From Azolla caroliniana (lineage: Eukaryota; Plantae; Polypodiophyta), in NCBI GenBank assembly GCA_043228905.1, contig JBHGNT010000017.1, positions 10,974,001 to 11,038,000 of the forward strand: DNA of 64,000 bases. The letters run 5' to 3'. Positions within the stretch are counted from its first letter, which is position 1, and every line of letters begins with the position of its first letter. Below, one piece after another: positions 1 through 10,360 of the stretch. The notes under the pieces were generated by a model. That model did not search any database. It saw only the letters and a list, made by a program, of their open reading frames with translations, and was not told the DNA's origin. The position numbers and the translations under genes were made by a program.

Positions 1-406
1 ACCGGCTCCATCGTCGGTCCGGTTTTGGTTGGCCAAAACCCTTTACGAGTAGCTAGCGCACCTCCACTCTTAGTTTAAGTTACCTTGAACTCTCTATGCT
101 CCACACATAGACACAAAAATAATAGCTTTTGCTCTACCTTATATATGATGAGAGCCGTATTTGTCGTGCCTATGTGGGATATCTCACAATTTTCTCTTTT
201 CCTTTCACAAACTTTATACCCTTATATCTTGACATTTAGTTGTTTGTTTCTCGTGTAATAAAGTGCATTCGAAACCTCCATCATTTTGTACTTAGATACT
301 AAATTTATTTAAAATGTTATCTTCACAATTATTGTATTATGTGATTCATACTCGATTTTGTACGTTTTATGGGATTTTCACACTATTGCCGAAAATCTTC
401 ACGACA
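1..406. mobile_element. Probable end of an LTR inserted into the RNase H of Copia C1
   Basis: AT-rich, with TATATAT (~139) and AATAAA (~257). It ends ...CACGACA exactly where the minus-strand Copia motif KNPVFHAR breaks off before the expected TKHIEV. Confidence 0.45.
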
Positions 407-862
407 CCGTGCGTGGAAAACGGGGTTCTTCGCTAGCTGGATGCTGCTGAGGTTGTCGCAGTAGATTGTATTCGGATTGGACACCTCCTCTTACAGGTCC
501 CTTAAGTAGCCGCTTCAACCGTATGTCTTCGCATGTCACGATAGCCGCTCCTCGGTACTCAGCTTCGGTGCTCGACAGTGCAACTGTCAGCTGCTTCTTA
601 CTGCTTCACGCTATCGCAACACTCCCAAGAGAGAACGCGTATCCGGACGTGGATCGACGATCGGCGGCGTTGCCAGGCCAGTCGACATCGGTGTAGCCGA
701 CCAACTGCGGGGCTGTATCAGACCGATATAGTAGCCCCCGATCCTTAGTGCCGCGGACGTACCAGAGTACACGTTGTGCACACTGAAGGTGTTCCTCGGT
801 TGGTCGCGCCATGAACTGACTGATCACCCCGACCGGATAATTGAGATCGGGTCGGGTGATTG
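407..862 (-). pseudogene. pol: Copia C1 RT C-terminus/RNase H fragment
   Basis: Translates as TRPDLNYPVGVISQFM..., YTDVDWPGNAADRRSTSGYAFSLG, YCDNLSSIQLAKNPVFHAR. Interrupted by G1. Confidence 0.9.
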
Positions 863-1280
863 TGTTACCGGCCGGCAAGGAGTCCAAAATACGGAGTGAA
901 GGAATTAATTAAATATGGTTGTAAATGAGCATAGTGTGGACGGACGGACTGGAAACGGTATGCCGTTCCAGATCCGGACGGATCCCGAATAGGTGCGATA
1001 GGCACCGTTTTGTACTACGGGCCGGAAACCTATTTAAAGGCCGGACCCCATTGTAATCGCAGCGGATAATTAATAGAGCATATGGTGTTTATACTTCTGT
1101 GTTGATTTCCGTTCTGTAATTACTGTTATATCTTACGCGTGTAATTAACAAAAGCGCTCTAATCGTGTAACCTACGTAAGTCGGTGAAATCGTTGAGTCA
1201 TAATCCTATGCCGTAATCACCCTTTGGTGAAGTGTCTCCGTGACACCTTGTGTTAGGCCTTGTCCGGTCAGAGAATAACA
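863..1280 (+). repeat. G1 5' LTR
   Basis: Direct repeat of 10363-10780, TG...CA ends, TATTTAAA at ~1031. Confidence 0.97.
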
Positions 1281-1286
1281 CAGTTT

Positions 1287-1296
1287 TGGCGACCAC
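1287..1296 (+). promoter_or_regulatory. G1 primer-binding site, probably tRNA-Arg(UCG)
   Basis: TGGCGACCAC 6 nt after the LTR, complementary to a tRNA 3' end ...GTGGTCGCCA (tRNA identity from recall). Confidence 0.7.
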
Positions 1297-1333
1297 GATT
1301 CCTGCTTTCTCGCAGCGAACGACGGCTTAATGG

Positions 1334-4123
1334 ATGACGAGACCAACGCACGACCTGGTTACAGACCGAGCTCGACGCCTCGCCGAACGGCAAAGACGGC
1401 GTGAGACCTTCCAGCAAGCAGCGCACGAAATTCGCTCGGATCGTTCGTTCTCCAACGAGATCCGGAGAGTCGCGGAGGAATCTCTTCGGTTACAGCAAAC
1501 TCGCGACCAGGACGACGGAAGCAGTCTAAGTAGTCTCCGGGAAACCGAACGCCTCCTCGAGGCGCTGGCAAGCGGAGAAAACGAGGCAGAAGCCTTTTCA
1601 GCCTACGAATCGGATTCCGAAGGGGGATACAGCGTGCACACGAACTACCGAAGCAGCAACGATACCCCCGGCGGCCCGGAGGACGACGGGTCGGAGACCG
1701 TGCCGACTCCAGAACCGGAACCGTTCGACCAGGGCTATCCGGAACCGCAAACGGAAGCCGTCAACCCACCAACACCGGAAGTGGAAGAAGCAAAGCCACC
1801 GACACCAACGAAAGAGCCGGCGAAAGTACCGGAAGAAGAGCCGGTGAAGGAACTGGAAAAAGAACCGGAAGAGGAACCGGAAAAAGCATCGGCAAAACAA
1901 CCGGAAGTGGAACCGGAGAGAAAACCGGAAAGATATCAACAAACGCCACTAAACCGCGGCCTAATACTGGACGACGACATGCCGTTCCAATACTCAAAGT
2001 ATCGCGATGATCCGGACGCGGAAGCGCATGTTCATGCCTTCGAGCAGACATGGGAAGCAAATCACACTTCCCAGCGAATGACACCGGAGGAAGAAGAACG
2101 CTCGAAGATAGCGGAATTCGGGGTCACGTTGGAAGGACCAGCGACACGATGGCGGCGGACGCAGGACCCGGCGACCATCACAACCTTTGCAGAATTAAAA
2201 GCAAAATTCTTGCATTTTTTCCACAAGGAGGTCGACCAGACGACAATGGTGGGCCTGTTTTATACGATCCAACAGGAGGCAGGGGAAAGCATTCCCCAAT
2301 TCGTCATCCGTTTCCAACGAATGCATAGCCAGCTTGCCCGTGCACCCCCGGAGGAGGAATTACGGACGATATTCTTAAACGCACTCCGGGAACCGTTACG
2401 CACGGTGTGCACGGTGATCGACTTTCGAGGAAGCACCATTGACCAGGTCATTGACCGGGTCAGAGAAATGGAAAAGTCAAGCTCATGGCTTACACTGGGA
2501 GCACTGCAACGGGCGTTACCCACAGATGAAGATCTCCGGTTCCGGCAGGCAATTCAATGCACAATCTGCTTGAATGCCGGACACTCGGCAGTGGAGTGCA
2601 CCATGCGAACCCAGTGTGTGATTTGTCAATCCAAGAGTCATACAACGGACCGGTGCGAGTATAACCTGCTAAACCGACAAGCACCACCCGTCCGACGGAT
2701 CGAGCCAAGAAGCAGCCGAGACGAAGATGAAGATCGTTGGCAAAGAATGAACCGGTACCGACCGGCACAGGATGTCCGATACGGAGACAGACAAGAGAAT
2801 GATGGCCGGTACAGGGATCGGCATGATAACTACGACCGGTATGAGCGATCGGACCGTTATCGGGAGTCCAACAGACGACACGAGCAATACGACAGAGACC
2901 ATTCCCCTGGTTACCGAAGGCACCAGGAGGACTACGGCCGATTTTACGATCCACCACGACAGGACTACCGAAATAAAAATAAGAATAATAAGAAACGTAA
3001 TTTCAAGAAAGGTGGTCACCCTAGGGACCCGGAACAGGGAACCCCAAGGAGCCAACCGGCACAGAACGCACCACTCACTACGGGACCGGCTACCAGCAAT
3101 GCTGAATCCAGCAATACCCGTAAAGAGTACTGCTACTACTGCAAGCAGGAAGGCCGCTACAGTAACCAGTGCCCGGCAAAGAGCTACGATAAACGACCAA
3201 CAGTTAATATGGTGGTTCCGGAAGTGGCGGATTTACAGCAAGTAACCACACGGTCGAAAGGCATGGCCAAAGAGTGGGAAACACAAGAGGCCATACGAAA
3301 ACAGGCGACGGAATGGGTGAAGGAAGCCAATGAAAGGAACGTCGCAGACGCGGAACGGCAAAAGGCGAATACCATAGGGAGTGCCGGCGGTAGCCACGCA
3401 GAAAACGAGACATGGCAAGCACTGCAAGAATGCCAGATCACGTTGCCATTAGGGAGACTCTTGCAGCTCGTGCCGCGATTTACGGAGGGACTAAAAACGG
3501 TCATGACAGACGGTATAGTCCCACCGGCACCAGTCCTCTTCTCGAATCCGGAGGAGGGACCGACGGTGGTGGACACTAGTAGTCCGGTGATTACAGCTAT
3601 TGTCAAAGGGCACGAACTTCCCGGCACAGTAATCGATGGAGGTTCCGGGGTGAACGTAATAAGCCTCCGCACGTGTGATGCCTTGGGTATACATGAATGG
3701 GAGCCATGTCCGTTCTGGCTACGGATGGCGGATACGAGCTCTGTACGGCCGACGGGCTTAATACGGAAATTGGAGGTCACCATAGGAGGTCACACATTTC
3801 ACATCTCGGCTGTAGTGCTGCAGCTACAGGCGCAAGGCGCGTACCCACTGTTGCTGGGCAGACGATGGTTGAAAACATCACACATCAAGCAAAATTGGCG
3901 GAAAAATATGATTACCTTCCGGCGCGGAAAAGCCAAGGTCCGGGTACCGACACAACCACGGACGAGCAACGGTAAGGAATGCACACCGCTGTATGCGGAA
4001 TGCGTGAACATGCTTGAAGGGTTGGCAGACGACGAAGAAGCCCAGTACTTGGAGGAACACCCGAAGATCGTACCACTCTTCGAGATTGACGTAGCTGAAG
4101 CCGTAGCGCCATACTTGCCGTAG
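1334..4123 (+). CDS. gag: G1 Gag-protease, 929 aa, uninterrupted
   Basis: Retrotrans-gag-like core, zinc knuckles CTICLNAGHSAVEC, CVICQSKSHTTDRC and degenerate CYYCKQEGRYSNQC, aspartic protease motif IDGGSGVN. Confidence 0.92.
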   Translation: MTRPTHDLVTDRARRLAERQRRRETFQQAAHEIRSDRSFSNEIRRVAEESLRLQQTRDQDDGSSLSSLRETERLLEALASGENEAEAFSAYESDSEGGYSVHTNYRSSNDTPGGPEDDGSETVPTPEPEPFDQGYPEPQTEAVNPPTPEVEEAKPPTPTKEPAKVPEEEPVKELEKEPEEEPEKASAKQPEVEPERKPERYQQTPLNRGLILDDDMPFQYSKYRDDPDAEAHVHAFEQTWEANHTSQRMTPEEEERSKIAEFGVTLEGPATRWRRTQDPATITTFAELKAKFLHFFHKEVDQTTMVGLFYTIQQEAGESIPQFVIRFQRMHSQLARAPPEEELRTIFLNALREPLRTVCTVIDFRGSTIDQVIDRVREMEKSSSWLTLGALQRALPTDEDLRFRQAIQCTICLNAGHSAVECTMRTQCVICQSKSHTTDRCEYNLLNRQAPPVRRIEPRSSRDEDEDRWQRMNRYRPAQDVRYGDRQENDGRYRDRHDNYDRYERSDRYRESNRRHEQYDRDHSPGYRRHQEDYGRFYDPPRQDYRNKNKNNKKRNFKKGGHPRDPEQGTPRSQPAQNAPLTTGPATSNAESSNTRKEYCYYCKQEGRYSNQCPAKSYDKRPTVNMVVPEVADLQQVTTRSKGMAKEWETQEAIRKQATEWVKEANERNVADAERQKANTIGSAGGSHAENETWQALQECQITLPLGRLLQLVPRFTEGLKTVMTDGIVPPAPVLFSNPEEGPTVVDTSSPVITAIVKGHELPGTVIDGGSGVNVISLRTCDALGIHEWEPCPFWLRMADTSSVRPTGLIRKLEVTIGGHTFHISAVVLQLQAQGAYPLLLGRRWLKTSHIKQNWRKNMITFRRGKAKVRVPTQPRTSNGKECTPLYAECVNMLEGLADDEEAQYLEEHPKIVPLFEIDVAEAVAPYLP

Positions 4124-7100
4124 CGGGACGAAACCGAAGCCGAACCAGACAAAGATTCGATTCGGGAATTACGGCAAGCACAGGAAGCGTTGGAACGGGA
4201 AATGGCCGTTTCCCAACGGGTAAAAACATCCCAGCTCGACGAAGTGAACCTAGGAAGCAAGGACGAATCAAAGCCGGTACACATCGCCAAAGAAATGAAG
4301 CCGGAAGATAAAGCGGCGATGATCAAACTTCTCACGGAGTTTCGCGACGTATTCGCCTGGTCATACGAAGACATGCGAGGGCTGGACCCTCAATTATATC
4401 AGCATCAGATCCACTTAGGCAAGGACGCGAAACCAGTGGCGCAAAGACGTTACCGAATGAACCCCAACTACGCCGCCAAAGTGAAGGAGGAAATCGACAA
4501 ACTCCTAAGAGTGGGCTTCATCCGGCCGGTAAAGAAAGCGACGTGGCTGAGCCCCATCGTCGTCGTCCCAAAGAAGAACGGTAAAATCCGCGTGTGTGTA
4601 GATTACAGGAAACTAAATGCAGCCACAATTACGGATGCATTCCCTCTGCCGTTCACGGATGGAGTACTGGATGCCGTCGCCGGCCATGAAGTTTATAGTT
4701 TTTTAGACGGGTTCAGCGGATACAATCAAATCCGGATGCACCCTGACGACCAGGAGAAGACAGTGTTCGTCACCGAATGGGGGTGTTTGTGGCCGAAGTA
4801 ATGATGTTCGGCCTAAAAACGGCACCAGCAACTTTCCAGCGAATCATCATGGAGATCTTCGGCGAATACATCCCTGCCTTCATGCAAGTTTTCCTGGATG
4901 ATTTTGCAGTCTATAGCCGGGGAAAAGACCATTTGCAGCACCTACGGTTATGCCTTGAAAATTGTAGGTTATACCGGCTAAGCTTAAACCCAGCAAAATG
5001 CATCTTTGGGGTTTCAAGTGGAATCTTACTAGGACACATTGTAAGTAAGGAGGGCATTGCGGTCGACCCGGACAAAGTAAACGCGATACTAGGGGCACCG
5101 GCGCCGAAAACGGCCAAAGCACTAAGCCGATTCTTAGGACAGATCCGGTGGCACAGCCGGATGCTCCGTCACTTGGCTGACTTGGCTACACCATTACACA
5201 CCGCGGTAAATCGGACACCGTTCCAATGGACGGATATGGAGGATAAGGCATACAATGCCCTGAAGGTACTTTTGTCGCAAGCACCCGTCGTGCAGCCTCC
5301 GGATTGGAGCAAGGAATTTCATGTGTTCGTTGACGCTTCCGACATCGCTATCGGCAGCGCCTTAATGCAACTTACGGAGCCTAAATGGTACCGGCTGGTA
5401 TATTACGCCTGCCGGAAGCTGTCCCAAGCGGAGAAGAACTATTCAACGACGGAACGGGAGGCCCTGGGCATGATCTACAGTGTAACAAAGTTTCGTCATT
5501 ACCTATTGGGAAGGAAGTTCTCCTTTCATGTGGATCACTCGGCGCTCCTGTACTTAGTGTCCAACCGGTAAGTTGGCCCGTTGGACCTTGCTGTTGCAGG
5601 AGTTCGAATTCGAGATCTTTCACCGGCCCGGTATCCAGCATGCCGTAGCAGACTACTTGAGCCGGTTAGAGTCCGGAGAATCAGGCGACGGAGTATCGGA
5701 TGAATTCCCGGACGCAGAGTTATTCCGTATCACCCGGAAACGGCAGCGGACGACACGGTGGCATCAGAAGATAGGTGGCTGACAAACATGCACCAGTTCC
5801 TAAGCACGGGCCTGCCACCGGAGGAAATGAACCGAGACGAGAGGAAACGACTGGCGGTGCAGAGCCGCAATTTCTGTCTGTTACGGGACACTCTCTACCA
5901 CAAAGGAGCAGATGGAATATGGAGACGGGCAGTCCGTAGTGACGAGAAACAAGTAATCTTACGGGAAGCACACTGTGGGGTTGCCGGAGGACACTATGCC
6001 GGGGAAGCGACGGCAAGGAAAGTATGGCAGAGCGGCTTATGGTGGCCCACGACGTTAAAAGACGCCGTCAAGTATGCTAAGGAATGTGACCTATGCCAAC
6101 GAATGGGCCAGCCTACGGAGCAAGCACGGATGCCACACCAACCGGTACTTCCACTAGAGCCATTCCAGAAGTGGGGGTTGGATTTTGTCGGACCGTTCAA
6201 GCCACCGGCAATGAGAACGGGTAATCGTTATGTCATCGTGGCAACAGATTATTGCACTAAATGGGTGGAGGCTAAGCCCTTGAGAGACAACACCGCGTCA
6301 TCCACAGCAAAATTCCTGTACGAAAACATTTGGTGCCGATATGGATGTCCGATTGAATTAATCAGCGACCAAGGAGGGCACTTCCTCGGGCAGGTAGTGG
6401 AAAGCTTAACAACGTTCTATGCCGTGGTCCATAAACGGAGCACACCGTACTACCCACAAGCGAACGGGTTAGCAGAGTCACCAACAAAACACTTCAGAAC
6501 ATTCTCCGCAAAATCGTCAATGAAAACCGGACGGACTGGGATACAAAGCTCCATAGCGCGCTATGGGCGTACCGAACGGCATACAAAACAAGTATCCGGA
6601 CAACGCCGTTCCGGTTAGCGTTCGGCTTAGAGGCGGTCATGCCGGTGGAATTTCAGGTACCAAGCTTACGGATCCAACTACGGGAACGGCTGAATGAAAA
6701 GGAGTCGGAAGAAATGCGGCTAGCAGCAGTATGCGAACTGGAGGAGCAACGGTTGGCCAGCATCCTACACATGGAACTGGAGCAACGACGACGGAAAGCG
6801 TTCGTTGACCGTCACCGGAAAGGTAATGAAAAGATGTTCGAAATCGGAAAGCCGGTGCTAGTATTCCAAACGAGGATGGGCAAGATGCCGGGTAAACTCC
6901 GGTTTAGATGGACAGGCCCATATTGGCTGACACGGGAATACAACGGGTCCTATCAGTTAGGGACACTTGCTGGTGAAGTGCTAGGCAAGTGGGTCAACGG
7001 ATTTAGACTAAAGCCCTATAAAGGACCGATGCCAAGTAACCCGTTTATGCAGCCCACCGGCACTATACGGGGAACCTGTCCGGGAGCGGTACGGATGGAA

Positions 7101-7196
7101 GAAAAAGACGACGGGGAACCCGTAGCAGGGGCGAAGGAAGACACGGCAACCCGTAAGGAAAACGGTAAGGGTCCGAAGGGACCTACGGATGTGTAA
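4124..7196 (+). pseudogene. pol: G1 RT-RNase H-integrase, frameshifted
   Basis: RVCVDYRKLN, LDGFSGYNQI, FLDDF, VDASD, HHCC (AHCG..GH..CDLC), WGLDFVGP, SDQG. Frame breaks near 4780, 5565, 5735 and 6480. Confidence 0.93.
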
Positions 7197-7586
7197 GATC
7201 ACACACTGTCATTAAAAATTTAAAAAAATAAAAAAAATAAAAAAAAATCATTAAAAATCGAGGTATGAACGGACGTGAAAGCAAGGAGCGAAAAGGTACG
7301 GAGTGGGCATTTAAGAGCCGCCACATTGCTTAATACTAAATTGGTACACGACGTGCGCATGCTCGAAAAAGGCGCCAAGACGCACAGAGAAAAAGAAGAA
7401 CGCATGGAGACCTTTTTTTTTCGCGAGCCAAGAAGCACAGAAGCACCAAGGCAGTGGAAGCTTAGCAAACGCGAACCTGCACTCAGAGAAACCCCACGTT
7501 TGGAACGCTCTCTCTCTCGCTCTCTCTCTCGCTCTCACTCTCATCACCACTCTACCTCGCCATCTTTCCTCGACCTCGAAGCAGAC

Positions 7587-10310
7587 ATGGAACCACAAAC
7601 GCTGTCGGAAGCGGCCAGGAAATGGTTCAGGCAACACGGACTGGATGGGTTCTTGACCATCATGGAGGCACCACTGCACAAAGAAGCCGACCGGGTCATC
7701 AAGGAGCTCGACACGGAAGTCATCACCGAGGAAGCGATCCGTGCGCTAACAGGCCTTCCGGAGGGAGGTATTTTTCAGATTGATAACCCAACCTCGGAGC
7801 AACTCATCCGATATTTCGGTGAGTACTCTGTAGCCGGCAAAGGCTATCGAACGCAGGGCGGCGAAGATCCGCTATTCAGGGAGATAGCTCGAGTGCTCCA
7901 TGAGTACGGCCAATTGTACCCCCGACCCCCTGTCATGCCAAAAAATCGGGCAGGGATGATCATAGCCACCTATGAAGGGATCAAGGTGGACTGGCCGGTG
8001 TTGATTGCAGACGGTTTGTGTGCGGCAATCGACATGGTACGAGGGAAGGACGGCAAGGAGGGCCGGAAGCTGTGGCATGCCGTAGCTCAGTGGATAACAT
8101 TGCTCGTGCCGCCGGTCGAGACCGTTCAGCCAAAGAAGCGGCCAAGTTTATCGGAAGGAAGCACTTCGAAACCCGCGTCCAAACGACAGCAGCTGCTGGC
8201 GTCAAAGGCGACGAAAGGGAAGAAACGGCTCCCAGAACCGGAGGAGGTGTCACCGGTGGGACCCGTTAAGATAACCATACGGCGACCAGGACAGAAGGAA
8301 CCAGAACCCCTGAGCGCACAGAAACATGCCGTTACCCAGGAAGAGGAAACGGAGGAGCCAGAAGAGCACCTCCAACGACGGTCAAGAAGTAGGACCACCG
8401 GGACAAAGGGGGAGCGTTCAGACCCGCAAAAGGAAGAAACACCCCCAACTCAACCTGAGCAAACCACAAGGGAGGAACCGGAACCGGTGCGTATAGAACC
8501 GGCCTTGTCGACTTCTATACCAGAAGTCATTCCAACGGCTCCGGAGACGGCGAGAACCGGAACTCAACAGCCGGCGAGCCCAGCCAGCACACACGGCGGC
8601 CAAGGAGTAGATCCAGAACGGCAGATACAGGCACTCAGGCCAGACAATTCCACAGTGAACGAGCCGACCCGACCAGTACAACAGCAAGGCACCAGTAGCA
8701 TGTGGCTACGGTGGGTAGGCGAGCAGATCGCCGGAGCGGTCGAGTACATAGAGGCGGAGGAGAGAGCGCACCACGAACGGTTGCTCGTCACAACCGTAGA
8801 TCTAGAGACGGCCCGGTCCAGAATCCGGAGCCTTGAACAAGACTTGGACAGGGTCACAAGGGAAATGGCTCAATTGGCTTTGACAACACAAGTCCAAGCA
8901 CCGGTGACTCCGGGCAATGTACAGAATAAAGCGTCAGATCAACCTGTATATAGCAATCAGACCCCGGCAACGGAAACCGTTCCGGAGAGAAATGCGGCAC
9001 AAGCCCAAGAGCTTGCGGACTTAAAGGATGAGCTAGCTGCCCAAGAAGCGCTGAGGAGCCGCGAAAGAGAGTTGAAGACGGCAACGGAGGCAGAACTCAA
9101 AAAGACTGCTGAGAATCTACGCCGGGCCGAGGAGAGCTTACGGAAAGGCCACCAAGCGTACGACCGGCTCAAGGAGGAAAAGGAGAAAATGCTGCAAGAG
9201 AAGGACAGGCTCCGGAGAAACGCCGAAATAGAAGTAGAGCGCCTGAAAGAGGAACTCCGGCAGCTAAAGGACCGGGAGGACCGGAACAATCGCCAAATCA
9301 ACGGCAAGCTCAAACAAAAAACGGAGGAATTTGAGCACTTGCACCGGGAGTATAAACGGTTGCAAACGGAGCACAAGGAACGGACGGATGAGCTCCGGCA
9401 AGCAGTTGATTGGACCGCAACGGCATACGCTAAGGAACAAGCGGAAACCAGAAGACGGTTGGAAGAGGCGGAGAAGGTTCGGACAGAGCTCCTCAGGCAA
9501 CAGCAGGCGGAAAAAGAAAGAGCGGCGGAGGTACTGCAGAGGCTGCAGACAACATATCAAGGGCAGCTGACGCGCTACAGAGAGCAGGCGGAGGATACGG
9601 CGAATCTCATCAAGCAGTTGAAGGAGGAACGACAAGTTGTGGAAAGTAGAGCGCAAATGGGAGCAAGTCGCATCCAGGATATCATGCGGGCCTGGTTGAA
9701 CCAGACCAAGAGCTTGATTGACAACGGTTCCGTCAAATGGTGGATCAAGTGGGCCACGAACGCGGCGGAACTCCAATTGCTCCGGGCCGACGTAGAGAAC
9801 CGGCGGAAGGAGGGAGATGATTGCTATATGCTGACTTCCGAAGACTTCACCGGCATAAGAGATGAGCTGGCCGAAGACTTTCAAGCCTTGGCAGAGGACC
9901 AACTAGGGCAAGTCCGGCAACTTGTAGCTCAGCTGGACGACGACAGGCTGGAGGCGCAGATCCAGTTTGAAAGCTACGAGAGGTCCCGGATCTGGGAACA
10001 GAAAGCACGAGAACCGGTTACGGTCAACCTCAGTGATGAGGAACCGTTACTGGAAGGAGACCGGACCGGAAGCAGTCAAACGGAGATGCCGGAGTCAGAG
10101 AAACAAACGGAGCAGCCGCCTATAGAGCAGCCGGAGCAGTCTCAGTCTCAACCGCAACCACAGCAGCAGCAGCAAGCAGAGCAGCCGGAGCAGCCTCAGT
10201 CCCAACCGCAACCACAGCAGCAGCAGCAAGCACAGCCGCAACAACCACAACCGGAAGGACAAGTGGAAACTCTGGAACAAAGTATTTTGGACAATTTGGG
10301 TGAACAATAA
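7587..10310 (+). CDS. G1 ORF3, uncharacterised, ~907 aa: N-terminal globular domain, disordered linker, long coiled coil, conserved W-x2-W-x3-AAEL-x2-LRAD motif, Q/P/E tail
   Basis: Open frame from ATG 7587 (MEPQTLSEAARKWF), preceded by a CT-rich leader. Homologous to ORF3 remnants in G2 and G3. Confidence 0.85.
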   Translation: MEPQTLSEAARKWFRQHGLDGFLTIMEAPLHKEADRVIKELDTEVITEEAIRALTGLPEGGIFQIDNPTSEQLIRYFGEYSVAGKGYRTQGGEDPLFREIARVLHEYGQLYPRPPVMPKNRAGMIIATYEGIKVDWPVLIADGLCAAIDMVRGKDGKEGRKLWHAVAQWITLLVPPVETVQPKKRPSLSEGSTSKPASKRQQLLASKATKGKKRLPEPEEVSPVGPVKITIRRPGQKEPEPLSAQKHAVTQEEETEEPEEHLQRRSRSRTTGTKGERSDPQKEETPPTQPEQTTREEPEPVRIEPALSTSIPEVIPTAPETARTGTQQPASPASTHGGQGVDPERQIQALRPDNSTVNEPTRPVQQQGTSSMWLRWVGEQIAGAVEYIEAEERAHHERLLVTTVDLETARSRIRSLEQDLDRVTREMAQLALTTQVQAPVTPGNVQNKASDQPVYSNQTPATETVPERNAAQAQELADLKDELAAQEALRSRERELKTATEAELKKTAENLRRAEESLRKGHQAYDRLKEEKEKMLQEKDRLRRNAEIEVERLKEELRQLKDREDRNNRQINGKLKQKTEEFEHLHREYKRLQTEHKERTDELRQAVDWTATAYAKEQAETRRRLEEAEKVRTELLRQQQAEKERAAEVLQRLQTTYQGQLTRYREQAEDTANLIKQLKEERQVVESRAQMGASRIQDIMRAWLNQTKSLIDNGSVKWWIKWATNAAELQLLRADVENRRKEGDDCYMLTSEDFTGIRDELAEDFQALAEDQLGQVRQLVAQLDDDRLEAQIQFESYERSRIWEQKAREPVTVNLSDEEPLLEGDRTGSSQTEMPESEKQTEQPPIEQPEQSQSQPQPQQQQQAEQPEQPQSQPQPQQQQQAQPQQPQPEGQVETLEQSILDNLGEQ

Positions 10311-10322
10311 AGGGGCCGAGAA

Positions 10323-10360
10323 GGGTTCGACGTACAAGGTACTGTCCCATGGGCGTGCCA
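10323..10360 (+). promoter_or_regulatory. tRNA-Arg(UCU) 3'-end-like motif (inverted PBS) at the PPT position of G1
   Basis: GGGTTCGA-cgtacaaggtact-GTCCCATGGGCGTGCCA, then a 2-nt spacer and the 3' LTR. Confidence 0.8.

Noticed and set aside
858-862. Shared GATT in the TSDs of G1, C2 and C3 (reverse complement) as a target preference
   Set aside because: Different integrases are involved, the sample is tiny, and the G2 and C5 TSDs do not fit.
7275-7586. N-terminal 104 aa of the 1011-aa ORF call
   Set aside because: It starts at GTG and runs through a CT microsatellite leader. Homology with G2 begins at ATG 7587.
7587-10310. ORF3 as a retroviral envelope protein
   Set aside because: No signal peptide or transmembrane helix is visible; the protein is hydrophilic coiled coil.
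10323-10360. A real tRNA gene at the three tRNA-like motifs
   Set aside because: There is no D-arm, anticodon arm or 5' acceptor strand upstream; only the T-arm and 3' acceptor strand are present.
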